DNA from: Podarcis vaucheri
Taxonomy: Eukaryota
Direction: 5' to 3' (one strand)
Length of the DNA: 64,000 nucleotides
Assembly (NCBI GenBank): GCA_965113315.1
Contig: OZ220363.1
Below, piece after piece: positions 49,672-62,962 of this stretch. Numbering within the stretch: the stretch's first letter is position 1; every line of letters begins with the position of its first letter. The translations under genes were made by a program, and so were the position numbers. Under the pieces are notes generated by a model. That model saw only the letters and a list, made by a program, of their open reading frames with translations, was not told the origin of the DNA and searched no databases.

Positions 49672-49765
49672 CTCTTCTAGTTGCGGCAAGAATGCATGAT
49701 TTTCGGCGCACTGTGAAAGAAGTCATCAGAGTGGTTAAAGTTGGCGAATCAACACTAAGAAAAAG
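49672..49765 (+). CDS. BRF1: BRF1 coding exon (exon 7 equivalent), (A)[30 protein letters not shown](R)
   Basis: ctctag|CTCTT...AAAAG|gtaggt; 94 nt; phases match both neighbours. Confidence 0.95.
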
Positions 49766-52700
49766 GTAGGTCAAGTTTGTGGGGGTCTTCACATTTTACG
49801 TAAGATGCAGCGCAATGTGTTTACCATGAGGACAGGACTATTTTACACTTCTAGAAATACATTCTTTGCCTGCACAATCCTGACTCTGTGCAAGAGTAGC
49901 AGTTTCACACAGAACTTTCTGCTGATAGGAATATGAATGTTGGTGAGCACCAGGGCCTAGCTTGGGCTGTGAGCAGTGGCTGTACCCAGATATAGGCTGG
50001 GAAGGTCTATTCTTCAACCCAGGTCAGTTGCTGGTCCTGGAGCCTAGATTTGAAGAGCTGAAGTCTTAGCAGAGAGAAGGTACTGCTCTGTAGGCTAGGC
50101 GAGGTCAGAAGGCTTGGTATCCTTTATCTATTGCAGGGGGTTGGATCAGATGACCATTGTGGTCCCTTCCAGCTATAATTCTATGAGGCATAGCCAAATC
50201 AGAAGTTTCCTGTTACTTGCCAGTTACTGGTACCAGTGTTGCTCGCCTAGACGGACAGCTCACTTGACCATCTCCCAAGTCATGGTTATGAAATTCCAGG
50301 TTCAAGGTCTGTTGTTGTACCTTACAACATACCCACTTTGAGTTTTCCCTTAGAGAGTGACTCATTTGAAGTTGTCTTGCATTGGAGAACTCTACAGAAC
50401 ACGAAGCTTGTTGAATTTGCATTCGCCCCAAACTTGTGCCAAAAAATTTCCTCACCTTTGTACTTGGTAAGATCTTCAGCTCAAGTGGGCTGCCAAAGCT
50501 ATAGGACAGTGAAGACAAAACATGGGAACTCAGCTGCTCCCACCCATTACCAATATCTTCAAGGATGAACATGTAGAATTATTGTGGATGTAGACTTCCC
50601 CATTCATTTACACAAAAAGAGCAGCTCCTTTTTATTTCCTTTGCACAGAGCTTCCCCCTTCATTGAAGTTAAGGAGGTTGCCTTTCTGTACTGTGAACTT
50701 TGAAACCTCCTATATGATATGTTAAAGGGATTTTGGGATTGGAAAAACTGTTCTAAAATTAGTCATTTCTACAGAGATGTTAAGGCAAGGATTCCACTGC
50801 CTTGCAAGCATTTCATTTAATATGCTGGCAACCAAAATTATTAGGGCTTAGGCTCAGATGCTGTGGACTTGTTTTAAGTAAAACCCATGGGATGTATTTG
50901 CAACTCATAGGATGGAAGGTGATTCTCCCTGTAGTTTGCTGCCGATAAAAGAAATCTCTTTAAAGCCCAGCATTTGAAATGCTTCAGAGGTTGAAGTGAA
51001 CCATACAGTAGCATGCACAAATGAGTCAACTTTATTAAGTAATACAACGTCATTGATGGGTCTGAATGACAAAGGTGTTGTATAATAGAAATTTCCCATG
51101 TAATCCCATATGTTTAATTGGCACAGCATTTTTTGAAAAAAGTTTTATAAGAAAAGCTTTCTGTTTTAAAAAGTGCTTGTGTTTTGTCGAGTTCATCTTG
51201 CAAAAACACATACATTTTTTAATCATTTGCATTAAATAGGAATTCTAAAACCATTGTCCGTACAGTCTGTACAGTCGAGTGGTATGGAGCTTGTCATCCT
51301 CCCTTAAAAAGCAAATAGCTGCAGAATTATCTCACTGAATTTTTCTGTTGCTTATGCTTTCAATAAATGCTAAAATACTTAAGTCTGAAAAATGACTTGA
51401 AAATACAGTTTAATATATTGGATGTATTACCGGTAAGCTATAGTTTTTGACCTGGCAATATATCGTGAATTATGTGTGCGTGTGTGTGCTGTGCCAAAAT
51501 CACAATGTGGGAAAAACTTTGAAGCTAGCCAATGCCTCTATATACCTCCATCTTTATCTCAGATACTGTGATTATATCAGTATATCACAATGTTTAGCTG
51601 GTGGTATATTGTGATGTTGAAAACCAGATGTCACCCAGCCCTACTTGACACTGTTGTGATTGACAGGTGGCTGGTCCTGCATACGTGTCAAACTTGGCCC
51701 AGATCTAGTTTGCCATCCTGCTGCTTTATAGCATCAAATGGCGTATCTTTAATTAATTTTTCTTTCTAATCCACTCAATAAGTTTCATAGCAAATCCTGG
51801 CTTCATAGGAACATCATTTGAAAGCCACAATTCTGACTGATTGATCTTTAGTTGATCAACATACCGATTTAAGCCCATTTAAAAGCGTGTGGCACTGCAG
51901 AGCAGATACTTTGCACGGTTTCCAAATCATTTGGATAGATTATTGGCGCGCAGCCTTCATTTTATTTGAGTGATAGCAAATGTGCTGAATTGTAGTGGAA
52001 GCACATTCATTTGAGCAGTTGTTTAAAATGAAGGAGCGTAACTGCAAAATTCGTGCTTTGAAATGTTTACTCAGGTCATGCATATCAACTAAATTGACAG
52101 TGTTATTTACTTTGACAAGGTAAACGTGACAGCTGAATTATTTTCAGGGAGCTATAATTACAACTGTATTTATCACAAATCCATAAAACATGATTGATGT
52201 TTCTCAAATAACCCCACATTATATTGCATTTATCGCAGAGGCATATTCAAAACAAACCTTTTTGAGTAAGTCTTCCTGAGCCCAAGATTTTTCCTTCAAG
52301 CACTTAGATTCTTGAAATGTCATTAGGTAGAAGTTGGCTGAATTAATAAGTACTTGTTTCACATAACTGTTTAAAAAATGCACACACACTGCTTCTTGTG
52401 ATAGACATTGCTTTTTCACCTGAGGTTTTTCTCAGGGTGAGGTTGGGAGTAGATTTCTTGCCCCTTCCTCTCCCTGTTCCTCTTTTTCTCAGTTCGTTGT
52501 ATCTGGGGAGGACTGCAGTTCAGTGGCAGAGCCCATAATTTGCATGCAAAAGCTCCCAAGTTCAGTCCCTGGCATCTCCGGGTAGGACAAGGAAGGAAGT
52601 CTGGTAGAGCTGTCAGCCGTCAATATAGACAAGGAGTTCTTGTTGGACTCCCATGAGCACCAACCAGCATAGTCAATGATCAGCTGTGGGGGGAACTTCA

Positions 52701-52924
52701 GTCCATCTGAAGGGCACTCCATTGCCTACCCCTGATATTGCGCAATACTGTGTTATATGGAACAATGGTCCTATCTTCCAGAATCTTCTTGGTCATTAGT
52801 TTCTGCCTTCCATCAACTGCATCCAAGTCTTGGAGCTTTATAAAATCATATACACTGGAACTGTGCACACTCTTAACCTGTACTGACAGTTTTTGGAGAA
52901 TACATAATTCTTTTGCTTCTTTTC

Positions 52925-53146
52925 CCCTGTTCTGGAGGGTAGGACTCAAACCAATGGCTCCAAGTTGCAAGAAAGGAGATTCTGACTAAGCACCAGGAAG
53001 AACTGTTTGAAAGTAAGAGCTGTTGGACAGTGGAAGGCTTGATGACCATCTGGGTGTTTTAATTGAGATTCCTGCATTGCAGGGGGTTGGAGTAGATGAC
53101 CCTTGGTCTCCCTTCCGACTCTACAATTCTAGGATTCTAGGATTCT
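52925..53146 (+). mobile_element. CR1 3' fragment
   Basis: GAAAGGAGATTC...GTAAGAGCTGTT...GCAGGGGGTTGG...ATTCTAGGATTCT. Confidence 0.78.
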
Positions 53147-55054
53147 TATACTGAATGACATTTCCTTCGGCTTCACTTTGTAGGGGTGAACAAGTTCATG
53201 TACACAGAAGACTCTAGCATGGGTTATTTTTAGGAGTGGAAGAAGAGTGATATTCTGTTTTTTCGGGGGTTTTTTTTGGCTTTGTGATAGGTCAGGTTCT
53301 GATGCTTTTCATGGGCATTGTATTAAACTTTTTTAACAATGAAAGAGAGCAAGATGAGGGGAGGTTATATTAAGCACTCGGGGTAGGGTGGGGAACATGC
53401 AGTGTCAGTGGTTAGTGGATATGTGTCAGTCAAGACGGATCTTGAATCAGCTGTTAAGCAGATGGCTGAGAAGAGGAATTTGGGATTCTACCAAAAGGAA
53501 AAGAATGTTTGTTATGAATGTAAGTGCATGGCTTTTTTTGGTATCTGGATACAAATTTCATTGGAGAGGCACCAAGAATTGCTTTGCTAAATTAAGTAGA
53601 GGCCTGAAATACATACTAGCATAATTTCAAAGTGCTATCATTGGTTGAATGACAAGCAGCTTGCTCGCACATTAGGCAAAGATCCAATCTGAGTATCTTT
53701 CTGATATTTCTTCCAGTAAGTTCACTAATCAACCTCTGTTTTCCTTCCATAGAGAAAGTGCCATTTTCCCCACAGGATTTTCCTCCAAGCGAGTCTAACA
53801 TTTCAGCAAACTATTTACAACAAAGACACTAAGAATTTGCTGGTAGACTTCAGTACTTTCATTTTCACACTCGCTTAAGCAGTTGTCAGCATTGCTGTCG
53901 CTTGAGAGTTGCAGCTACAAAGTCAGTACAAAAACAACCCAAAATGTTTTGCTGTTTCTTCCTTTTGCCCTTAGACTATCATTGATCCATAGATGAGCTA
54001 GAAAAATTTTGGGTCCCCGAAGATTTCTTTGACATAGTCTGTGACACTTGTAAGAGGATTACAAGTTATGTTTGTCTAACTCTGACAGAATCATTGCTGC
54101 TTTTGCCGGAATTAGAAAGCACTTGTCTAAGTTCAAATCTTTACAGCACCCTTGGCTTAGGTCCCCCCCCCCCGGACATGTGGCCAAAACCTGGTTTCTT
54201 GACTAGCAATATGCTAATCATTGTGATGGATCAGGGACTGGTATGTAGATGTCGTGATGTGAGGATACCTGCATAGTATTACAAGAACTCCTGGGAGGTA
54301 CAGCACATTTCTGCTTCTGCTCTGAACAGACACACATTGCCTTGCCGTGTCGCATTTCTGTCATTGGGGGCCAGCAATCCAGGGTCACAGTTGAAGAGCA
54401 TGCTTTGGTAGCATCATAACCTGGTCTTGACATGTAGAGCGGTATCTCATACAAACCTGCCAGCTCGATAAGGGTCAAATCTGTTACCTGTCTCAAAACA
54501 ACCAGCCTGTTTCTATCCTCATACCTCCCTTTTTCATCTGCAGGAGCTCCTATGTTGCTTCACTTTTTGCTGGCCACTTTTGAGGGTGTTGTGTTGGAGA
54601 TAGGGGTTCATGGATGTGGATTCAGACAGTGCTCTCTTCTTTGTATTGGTGAAAAACGAGACACTGATATTCATATCTTGATAAAAGGCAAATCGTTTCT
54701 GTTTTACCTGATGTTTTGACCTTTAGTTTGAAGGGCTTCAATTACTTGTGGTCTCTTTTGGTGGGGCAGGATCTGCAAGACCTGCAGATTTATTTTTTTT
54801 GTATAGATGTGGGTTGTGTTGTTTTTTTAAAAAAAGTTTTGTATTGGTTGTGTTTGTTGTCATTGGTTTTTGGGTCTACATTGTAAGTCACTTTGGATGA
54901 CTTCGGTGAGGAAGGTGATTTAATAATGGTAATACCAGTGCTGTGGGTGCCAGCACAAAACGACTGCCATGGGCGGCAGCAGCAACAACAAGAAATGTGA
55001 TTGTATTCTGTACCTGTGATGCTATCACAAAAAGCACTGTGTGTGTCTATAGTA

Positions 55055-55190
55055 CAGGCTTCCTTAACCTTGGCCCTCCAGCTGTTTTTGGCCTACAACC
55101 CCCATGACCCCTAGCTAGCAAGACCAGTGGTCAGGGATGATGGGAATTGTAGTCTCAAAACATCTGGAGGGCCGAGGTTGAAGAAGCCTG
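55055..55190. mobile_element. Palindromic hAT-type MITE
   Basis: CAGGCTTCCTTAACC...GGTTGAAGAAGCCTG; related copies near 20961-21104 and 28361-28460. Confidence 0.8.
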
Positions 55191-56227
55191 GTATAGCAGG
55201 AGAGAAGAGACTTGGATATAAGTCAACTTAGAAGTCATGGATATAAGTCAACAGTCAGCTAGGGTGGCTCCTTTTTCCACCTGTTCTTTTATTTCATGTG
55301 GCAAGGCCACCGTGAGAGTTAATAGGGCAGCCCCCAGGACCCTCCCCACCCTCTTAGGTCACAGTAGGAACAAGGGCCAGGAGTCGCATCCAATTTCAGT
55401 TGGGGTGGGGGTCAGTGCTGTCCCTATTCACGCCTGCTTCCAGACTGCTACCTGCTCTTCTGTATGCACTATGCATGTGTGTGCAGAATGAACAAAATAA
55501 ATAAAACAGAGAAACTGCTTGGTGAAAGAAACCAGCTATCCCATCTCTTGCTGGCAACAGGTGTCTCGATCACTGCTTCCCCCACTACTACCACCAAAAC
55601 AAGCCCAGATCATTTTCTTTCTTGGTTGGTCCCAATCCAGAGGTACAGAATTATCTCGGATAGCTAGTTCTGTAACTTGTAAAGACTGTAACTTTTCAGG
55701 AAGTGGAGAAAGGGGCCGATTACATTGAAAAACCTCACCTGAAGATTCAAGGTGAAGCTTGTGATGGTATGTAATGCCTTCTTGGAGAACAGTTGGTACT
55801 TGAATTCCTGCAGGATAGGTCCTCCTGGCATGAGAGATGGATGGTTCATCCACTAGGCATAGCTTTTGCCATTTTGTGGCGTATGGTTGCTATTTCCCCC
55901 CAGTCCTCAGATGTACTGAATAAGCAGGAAGCAACTTACTGCTATTGACTTGCAATGCAGGTGCTAAGAGCAGAAGCCAGGAAGTCCCTGCTTCAAGCTT
56001 CACATTCGCCTGGAGCTCATCAAGTAGTGGTTGCAAAGTGATTGTCCTTTCAGCTCCAGCTTCCTGCCAGCAGCAATATGGGGCTGATAATATTCGCCTG
56101 CCTCACAAGATTACTGCAAGAGTATATGAAGTGCTTTGAACACTTAAAATGTGCTATAAGAATGCAAAGTGTTATTAAGTACGTAGTGTTCATCACACTT
56201 GAAGTGAGGAGAGGGGGGAGAAATGCT

Positions 56228-56486
56228 GGGGAGCCAGTGTGGTGTAGTGGTTAAGAGCGGTAGTCACGTAATCTGGGTAACCGGGTTCGCGTCTCTGCTC
56301 CTCCACATGCAGCTGCTGGGTGACCTTGGGCCAGTCACACTTCTGTGAAGTCTCTCAGCCCCACTCACCTCACAGAGTGTTTGTTGTGGGGGAGGAAGGG
56401 AAAGGAGAATGTTAGCCGCTTTGAGACTCCCGAAGGGGAGTGAAAGGCGGGATATCAAATCCAAACTCTTCTTCTTCTCTTCTTCT
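56228..56486 (+). mobile_element. tRNA/CORE-type SINE (Squam3-like) with (TTC)n tail
   Basis: GGGAGCCAGTGTGGTGTAGTGGTTAAGAG A-box head, GGGTTCG B box, GGGTGACCTTGGGCCAGTCAC core. Confidence 0.82.
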
Positions 56487-57565
56487 AAAAGCAGCATGGT
56501 TATTCCCAGGCCAGAGCTGGGAATCATTTCTTGTACTCGATTGATTTGAAAGTATTGGATAAATTTCCCCCACATTTTTGTGTTTGTGTGTGTGCTAAAA
56601 AAAACACAACACCCAAAATGTCACTGCTCGAGCTTTGCAAGTGTAACATAACATTGCACATTCATTCCCAAATATCTCAAGTTAAAGGATCTCAGGTTAC
56701 AGGCTTGGAAAGGACCTCTACTTTTGACTCTGTAGGCCTTGCTGTCAGTGCAGGGCTGGATGACTTAAACTTGATTGCAATATGGGGGCTATCATGAATA
56801 CTTAAACAATATTGATTTATTACATTTTTTTTTTAGGTGAATGTAGAGCTTGTTTCTGCATTTTAATTTGACTACTGTTAATGACGTAGTAGTGTCTTCT
56901 ATTTTTGTGGAAGAAGGCTTTCTCTGAGGTCTAACCCAGTAATTTATGGAATGCTCATTGTATATCTGTAGAACTTTTTAAAATAATTATAAGAATTTGT
57001 ACAAATGGTTTTGTTGCTTTTAGAACTTGCATTTTTTGTGTTTATCTCATTTTTATTTTGTTATATACAGTGCTTTGATAGCTTCAGGCTGTGCAGCAGT
57101 TTATAAATTAGTCAAGTTAATGATAATTATAAAGATCTATAAAGGTCGATTATAAAGGAAATTTAATGCAGGAATTTCCTTGTGACTTCACTGTTTATAA
57201 CCCCACTATCCATGGGCATATATGTTCCTGCAACTCACGATAGCACTTCATACATCTGATTAAAGCTCTTGCCCTATTTAATTGTTAGTCTAAAGGTGCT
57301 GCAGTGTTCTTTCTTATTTTCGCTGCAGCAGATTAATATGACTGTCCCTCTGGAATTGCATTTCAATGGACATTTTATGTTGGAAAAAGGGATTATAGGC
57401 CTTGCTTGTTGGTCATTAAAGACGGGTTATTTGAAATTGTTTTGGCTGAGCTCTTTACTTAGTTTTGTTTTGAATTGGGGAACATCTTTTACATCTTTTT
57501 CTGTTGGTCTGCTGTGAAATTCACGGAGAGAAATCCTGTGTTAACCTTTTCCTGTGTGTTTTTAG

Positions 57566-57692
57566 ACTTACAGAGTTTGAAGACACACCTGCAAGTCAGC
57601 TAACAATAGATGAGTTCATGACAATTGATTTGGAAGAGGAATGTGACCCTCCTTCATTTACAGCCGGTCAACGAAAGATAAAGATTCAGCAG
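57566..57692 (+). CDS. BRF1: BRF1 coding exon (exon 8 equivalent), (R)[42 protein letters not shown]
   Basis: ttttag|ACTTACA...CAGCAG|gtgaat; 127 nt; inside ORF 57504..57755. Confidence 0.95.
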
Positions 57693-58129
57693 GTGAATGC
57701 TTTTGTACGCATAGTTCTTCCTTGCTTTTTGTGGCTGGAAAGGCAGTGTCTATAGAATTCTATCCTGCTTTATTCCTCCATCTGGAAGCCCAGAGCGATG
57801 AAAAAAGAACCACATGAAAGTGCACATAATACCAGCAAGATCATATAATAGTGAGGTCAGCTCCAACACGTCATCAAAACCTGATGTGTAAAAATAATTC
57901 TCAAAAACAATTAGGATCTACTTAGACCCATCCATATGTCATGAAAAAGAAAAAAAATATTTAATATCTGTTTCATCATTCATCTAAATGTGTGAACTTT
58001 CCAAAGCACCAGCACAAAGAAGACCCTGCCCTAAGCCCTTTCAGATTTTACTTTCAGCGCAGAGCAAAGCATTGCCAACTGATACATGTGAAATTTCATT
58101 GATTGGCATCAGCTTGAACTATTGTTGAT

Positions 58130-58510
58130 TTTATTGATTTATTGATTTATTATTCACACATTTTACAGTAAACCTTCTGCATCTTTTTACATTTTTTCAT
58201 CTTACAGCATTTCATTCAGATTTCCCAATCTAATCCTCTAGAGAAAACCTTCATTCTGCTGCATCTCAATTAGTTTCTCCGCCATTTTTTACTCCCATCT
58301 TTTCCTTAGTTTCTATTGCTGCTGCTCAGAAAATTGTTCCCACTTGCAAACATCATCTCTTTTTAAGTATTCTCCAAGATATTCCCACTTGCCCCTTGTT
58401 TCCCTTTCATCCCAGTCCCTTATTTTGGCTGTCATACTTGCTAATTCTACGAACTCTATGAGGTTTTTGTACAGCCATTGATCTTTTGTTGGTATGGTGC
58501 TATTGTTGAT
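58130..58510 (-). mobile_element. L1-clade LINE 3' fragment
   Basis: IPTKDQWLYKNLIEFVELASMTAKIR...KWEYLGEYLK resembles reptile L1 ORF2 C-termini; AATAAA-containing end near 58130. Confidence 0.65.
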
Positions 58511-58894
58511 TTTAATGCTTGCTTCTTTTGGGTAGGATGACAGGAGATAATACGGGTGGGGTGTGTGTGATAAATGGTGTTTTCCACATTGTATTGTATT
58601 GTCACCCCACCCCCATTTCCAAATTTCAGAGGTGAGTGATGGTCCTTCTATAGCCAAAGTGGTACCATTTGCAAACGAGGGAGTAGATATCGACAGGCAC
58701 GAAAGAACCCCAAGGCTCGCAAAAGTATAAAAAAAATCAGAAAAAGAAAAGTAAGGGGAGAACTGCCCCAAACAGACCAGTGAGGATGGTGTACCCAGGG
58801 GACATGGAATGCTGACTGTTAGGGTGGCGGACAGAAAGCTGGATGTGGGGAGGAAATGGATTGAATATTGGTGAAGACAAGATTGACTGGAGCA

Positions 58895-58895
<1 letters not shown>

Positions 58896-58932
<37 letters not shown>

Positions 58933-59420
58933 TTTTTATTTATATCCCGCCCTCCCCAGCCAAGACCGGGCTCAGGGCGGCGGCTAACAACCAATAATAA
59001 AAACAAGTTGATTAAAATACAGTTTTAAAAAAGATTAAAATACAACATTAAAACATTAGGATCCAGCCTCTTCACAGGAGGAGAAAGGAAAAAGAAAGAG
59101 GGGGAGGGAATCAAACTGATTCCAAGTCAAAGGCCAGGCGGAACAACTCTGTCTTACAGGCCCTGCGGAAAGAAATCAGATCCTGCAGGGCCCTGGTCTC
59201 ATGAGGCAGAGCGTTCCACCAGGCTGGAGCCAGTGTTGAGAAGGCCCTGGCTCTGGTTGAGGCTAATCTAACTTCCTTAGGGCCCGGGACCTCTAGGGTG
59301 TTGCTATTTATGGACCTTAAGGTCCTCCGTGGGGCATACCAGGAGAGGCGGTCCTGTAGGTATGAGGGTCCTAGGCCGTGAAGAGCTTAAAGCTCAAAAC
59401 CAGCACCTTAAATCTGACCC
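58896..59420 (-). mobile_element. L2-clade LINE 3' fragment
   Basis: (TAA)n tail; AGCGTTCCACCAGG and GAGAAGGCCCT (WN and RAFS motifs on the - strand). Confidence 0.75.
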
Positions 59421-59789
59421 TCAGGATCATTCTACACTGCGGCATTTTGTTGCAGGCCCAGCTTGTTATTCTATATTGTCTTTTGCTCCTACCAGAATAC
59501 TGATCTATTGTTAAGTACAAACACTGTAGGTTGAATCTATTCTGGGCAATGCCATGTTGGCTTGTGTAGCCTTCAATTCATTTGTAGCACAATTTGTCTT
59601 CTGTTTCCACTGGTACCCTCATATTACATGAACCATACTTGTTGCTGATACAAAACTCGAAAGGTACCATCCTGCAAACAAATGCACTATCCCAACCACT
59701 CATTTTTAAATGACATAGAGCAGCGGCTAATCCTCCAAGCATCTGGTCCTCTGAGCTACTCACTCAGAAAGAGGTTTTACTTAACCTTC

Positions 59790-59980
59790 CAGTGGTGTCC
59801 AAACTTTTTTCAAAGAGGGCCAGATTTGATGAAGTGAAGGGCCGTGAGGGCAGACCAAAGGGCCAACCAAAGTTGTTGACTTTTTTAAGGATTGAAGTTG
59901 AGATTTTTTTAAGGATTTTTAAGGATTTTACCCCAGGAAATAAACTGCCGGATTAGGCCCTCGAAACGGACTTTGGACTG
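59790..59980. mobile_element. hAT-Charlie-like MITE fragment
   Basis: CAGTGGTGTCCAAACTTTTT start and ACTTTGGAC end. Confidence 0.6.
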
Positions 59981-62047
59981 CCAATTGCAAGGTTGAGGCC
60001 ACTGAAGTGCATGGGGATGGCTTCATTTCAGATATTATTTAAACTCCCCCATTCACCTCAATTTATCTGGTGAGAATTTCATGCTTGCTGAAAGCCACCC
60101 TGCCTGCCCGTTACCCTCTGAACAAGTTCTCACCCTGGTGACTGATGCTGCCAAATGTACTTTTCAGATGTCTGAAACTGGTGATGAGGACTTGGGCACA
60201 CAAGTCCAGGCTGAAAAATTCAGATTCCTAAGAAACAGCCTCAGATGTTTTATTTCCTTGGATTTTTTTGAGTTTGGCCCAGAAACATACCCACCAGTAT
60301 GTCCAAAAAGGCAGACTCAGCTGAGCTACTCAGTACTTTTTTATTTTATCTGTATTAGCTGTGGGCTTTGGCAGGGAAGGGCTAATATTTGACAGGCCCA
60401 AGTGTGCCAAGAGAAAAATGAGTCAAGTCCGCTACTGGACACACACACACAGCCCTTTCAACAACTGCCAAAGAGGCATTCATTACACAGTCTAACACAC
60501 ATTCTGGAAAGCTGCTGAATGACCTGGGTGGTGGTGATACGCTTTTCATAGTGATAAAATTATTTTAAAAAGACCCTTCCCCCATGCACTGATAGCTCAA
60601 TTTCTAACAGCTCTTGACTTCATTATATTACCTATTATTTATTTAGAACCATCAATGTGTAGGATGTCTTTCTTTACATGCGAAAATGAGAAAAATCCAC
60701 ACCCTAAGGAATTAGAAGTCTTTTTTGAAAGAAAGAAAGAAAGAAAGAAAGAAAGAGGGAAGATGCAAGGAAAAGGGGGAGGAATGCTGGCAAAGGGAAA
60801 TGCCACTGGCTTCATAGAAAAAGTGGGGTTTTTGAGGAGGGGCTGTAAGGAAGAATGAAATAGCATTGTGGAGTAGGCATTCTGCAAGAGAGGATTAGGC
60901 TATTTATGACTGCTTGTCAATGGCTGTTACCTCCTGCATTGAGGCCAGTATGCTCTGATATCGCTGAGGATTACAAGTGGGAAAGTGCCATAGGGCCTTC
61001 ATCCTCCTCATGGGCTTCCTGTAGGCATCTGGTTGGTCACTGTGAGAGCGCATTGCTGGACCAGATGGGCCGCTGGGCTGACTGATCAGAGCACAAAGGT
61101 TATTATGCCTAGAGGGGGCAGCAAGGGTGAGTGGGTGGAGCCGTTTGAGAGCAAGCCTTGCCCAGTCTTGTGTTTGGGCAGCAAAGTTTGATGAATGAAG
61201 TGTCACAGGCAAGGGGAAGTGAGAGCCGAAAGATGGGTCAAGTTCTCAGAGATTTTTAAAGGATGCACTGGATGTGGGAGGGATCGAGAAAGGAGGGAGG
61301 CGTGTGATCTGAGCAACAAGGAGTGGTGAACGGTTTTGGCTGCGGAGCTTTCTGGCAGAGGCGAGAGAGGACTCAGCTGTAGCCAGGGAACGCTCAGAGA
61401 GAAGATAGTTGAAGAAGTGAATCTGTGCCAGCCCTGCATCAGCGTTTTGAGTTCAGTGCCCGCCTTTGCTTGGGAAATTCTGCTGGGCACGAGCGTTCGC
61501 TCCGTTTGCAGAGCCGTCACAGTTGCTTTCAACATAATTCCTGGCAGGTTACCTGCTGTGCCCAAGTTCTCCCCATCAGCTCACCACCCAGTGCAGCGAC
61601 AAATTTATTCTGACTTACAAGATTTAAAATCTTTCACACGATACAGCTGAGCTTATTTTGTTGCCTGTACATTCCTTCTCTTCTGTATGCCACTCTCATT
61701 CTTCCACCCCAATTAACCAAGGCCACAGCTGGAAAGGTATTTGCTTGTTAATTGGATCCCCCCCCCACCAAAAAAAACCCTTTTCAAGTTCTGCTCCCAA
61801 TGGAGATGCCCAGGGTTGGGGGAGGAATACAACGTTACATAGAATTCTGTGTTTCAACTGGTCCATTTTAAAATAAGCACTGCTATTAATTACGATTAAA
61901 TTGCATTGGAATTGCTCCAAATGTTGCTTGCCAAGACATGCAGAGTGTCACTAGAATCTGCTCCTGAGCTGATTCTCCTGAAATATCTATCACTAATTTT
62001 GCATATAAATTATTATCACTGTGGGGGAAAACACCCACCCACCCACT

Positions 62048-62092
62048 TCCTCCTCCTCCTCCTCCTCCTCCTCCTCCTCCTCCTCCTCCTCC
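62048..62092. repeat. (CCT)n microsatellite
   Basis: Direct reading. Confidence 0.95.
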
Positions 62093-62213
62093 GTGTTGTC
62101 TTTAAATCCTCTTTTTCCAAAAGGTTTTCTAGAGACATTTTCAAAAAGTTTTTATCCCCACCAGATCTTTGCTGAAACTTAACTTTGCCTTTTGAAACTA
62201 CAACTATGTAGTT

Positions 62214-62917
62214 TCCAGAATGCGGCAGCTAGACTGTTGACAGGAAGCGGCCGTGAGACCACATAACACTCATCTTGAAAGACCTACATTGGCTCCCAGT
62301 ACGTTTCCGAGCACAATTCAAAGTATTGGTGCTGACCTTTAAAGCCCTAAACGGCCTTGGTCCAGTATACAGTGGTACCTCGGGTTACATACGCTTCAGG
62401 TTATAGACTCCTGCTAACCCAAAAATGCTACCTCGGGTTAAGAACTTTGCTTCAGGATGAGAACAGAAATCGCGCGGTGGCGGTGTGGCAGCAGTGGGAG
62501 GCCCCAATAGCTAAAGTGGTGCTTCAGGTTAAGAACAGTTTCAGGTTAAGAACGGACCTCTGGAACGAATTAAGTATGTAACCAGAGGTACCACTGTACC
62601 TGAAGGAGCATCTCCACCCCCATTGTTCTGCCCGGACACTGAGGTCCAGCGCCGAGGGCCTTCTGGCGGGTCCCTCGCTGCGAGAAGCCAAGTTACAGGG
62701 AACCAGGCAGAGGGCCTTCTCGGTAGTGGCACCTGCCCTGTGGAACGCCCTCCCATCAGATGTCAAAGAGAACAACAACTACCAGACGTTTAGAAGACAT
62801 CTGAAGGCAGCCCTGTTTAGGGAAGCTTTTAATGTTTGATGGACTATTGTATTTTAATATTCTGTTGGAAGCTGCCCAGAGTGGCCGGGGAAGCCCAGCC
62901 AGATGGGTGGGGTATAA

Positions 62918-62962
<45 letters not shown>
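62214..62962 (+). mobile_element. L2-clade LINE 3' fragment, same subfamily as 40341-41004, interrupted by a MITE
   Basis: Reverse-complement match to 40341-40866; (TTA)n tail. Confidence 0.88.
62370..62596. mobile_element. Tigger-like MITE nested in an L2 fragment
   Basis: TA|CAGTGGTACCTC...GAGGTACCACTG|TA; reverse orientation relative to 21420-21622. Confidence 0.88.

Noticed and set aside
50117-50125. GTATCCTTT U12 donor consensus in intron 7
   Set aside because: Abuts a degraded CR1/SINE tail, has no associated exon, and the next acceptor is U2-type.
60110-60150. EQVL-encoding stretch as BRF1 exon 9
   Set aside because: No acceptor AG in position and the following residues do not match; exon 9 is probably beyond the window.
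61201-61625. Possible solo LTR starting TGTCA
   Set aside because: No CA end with a matching TSD found.
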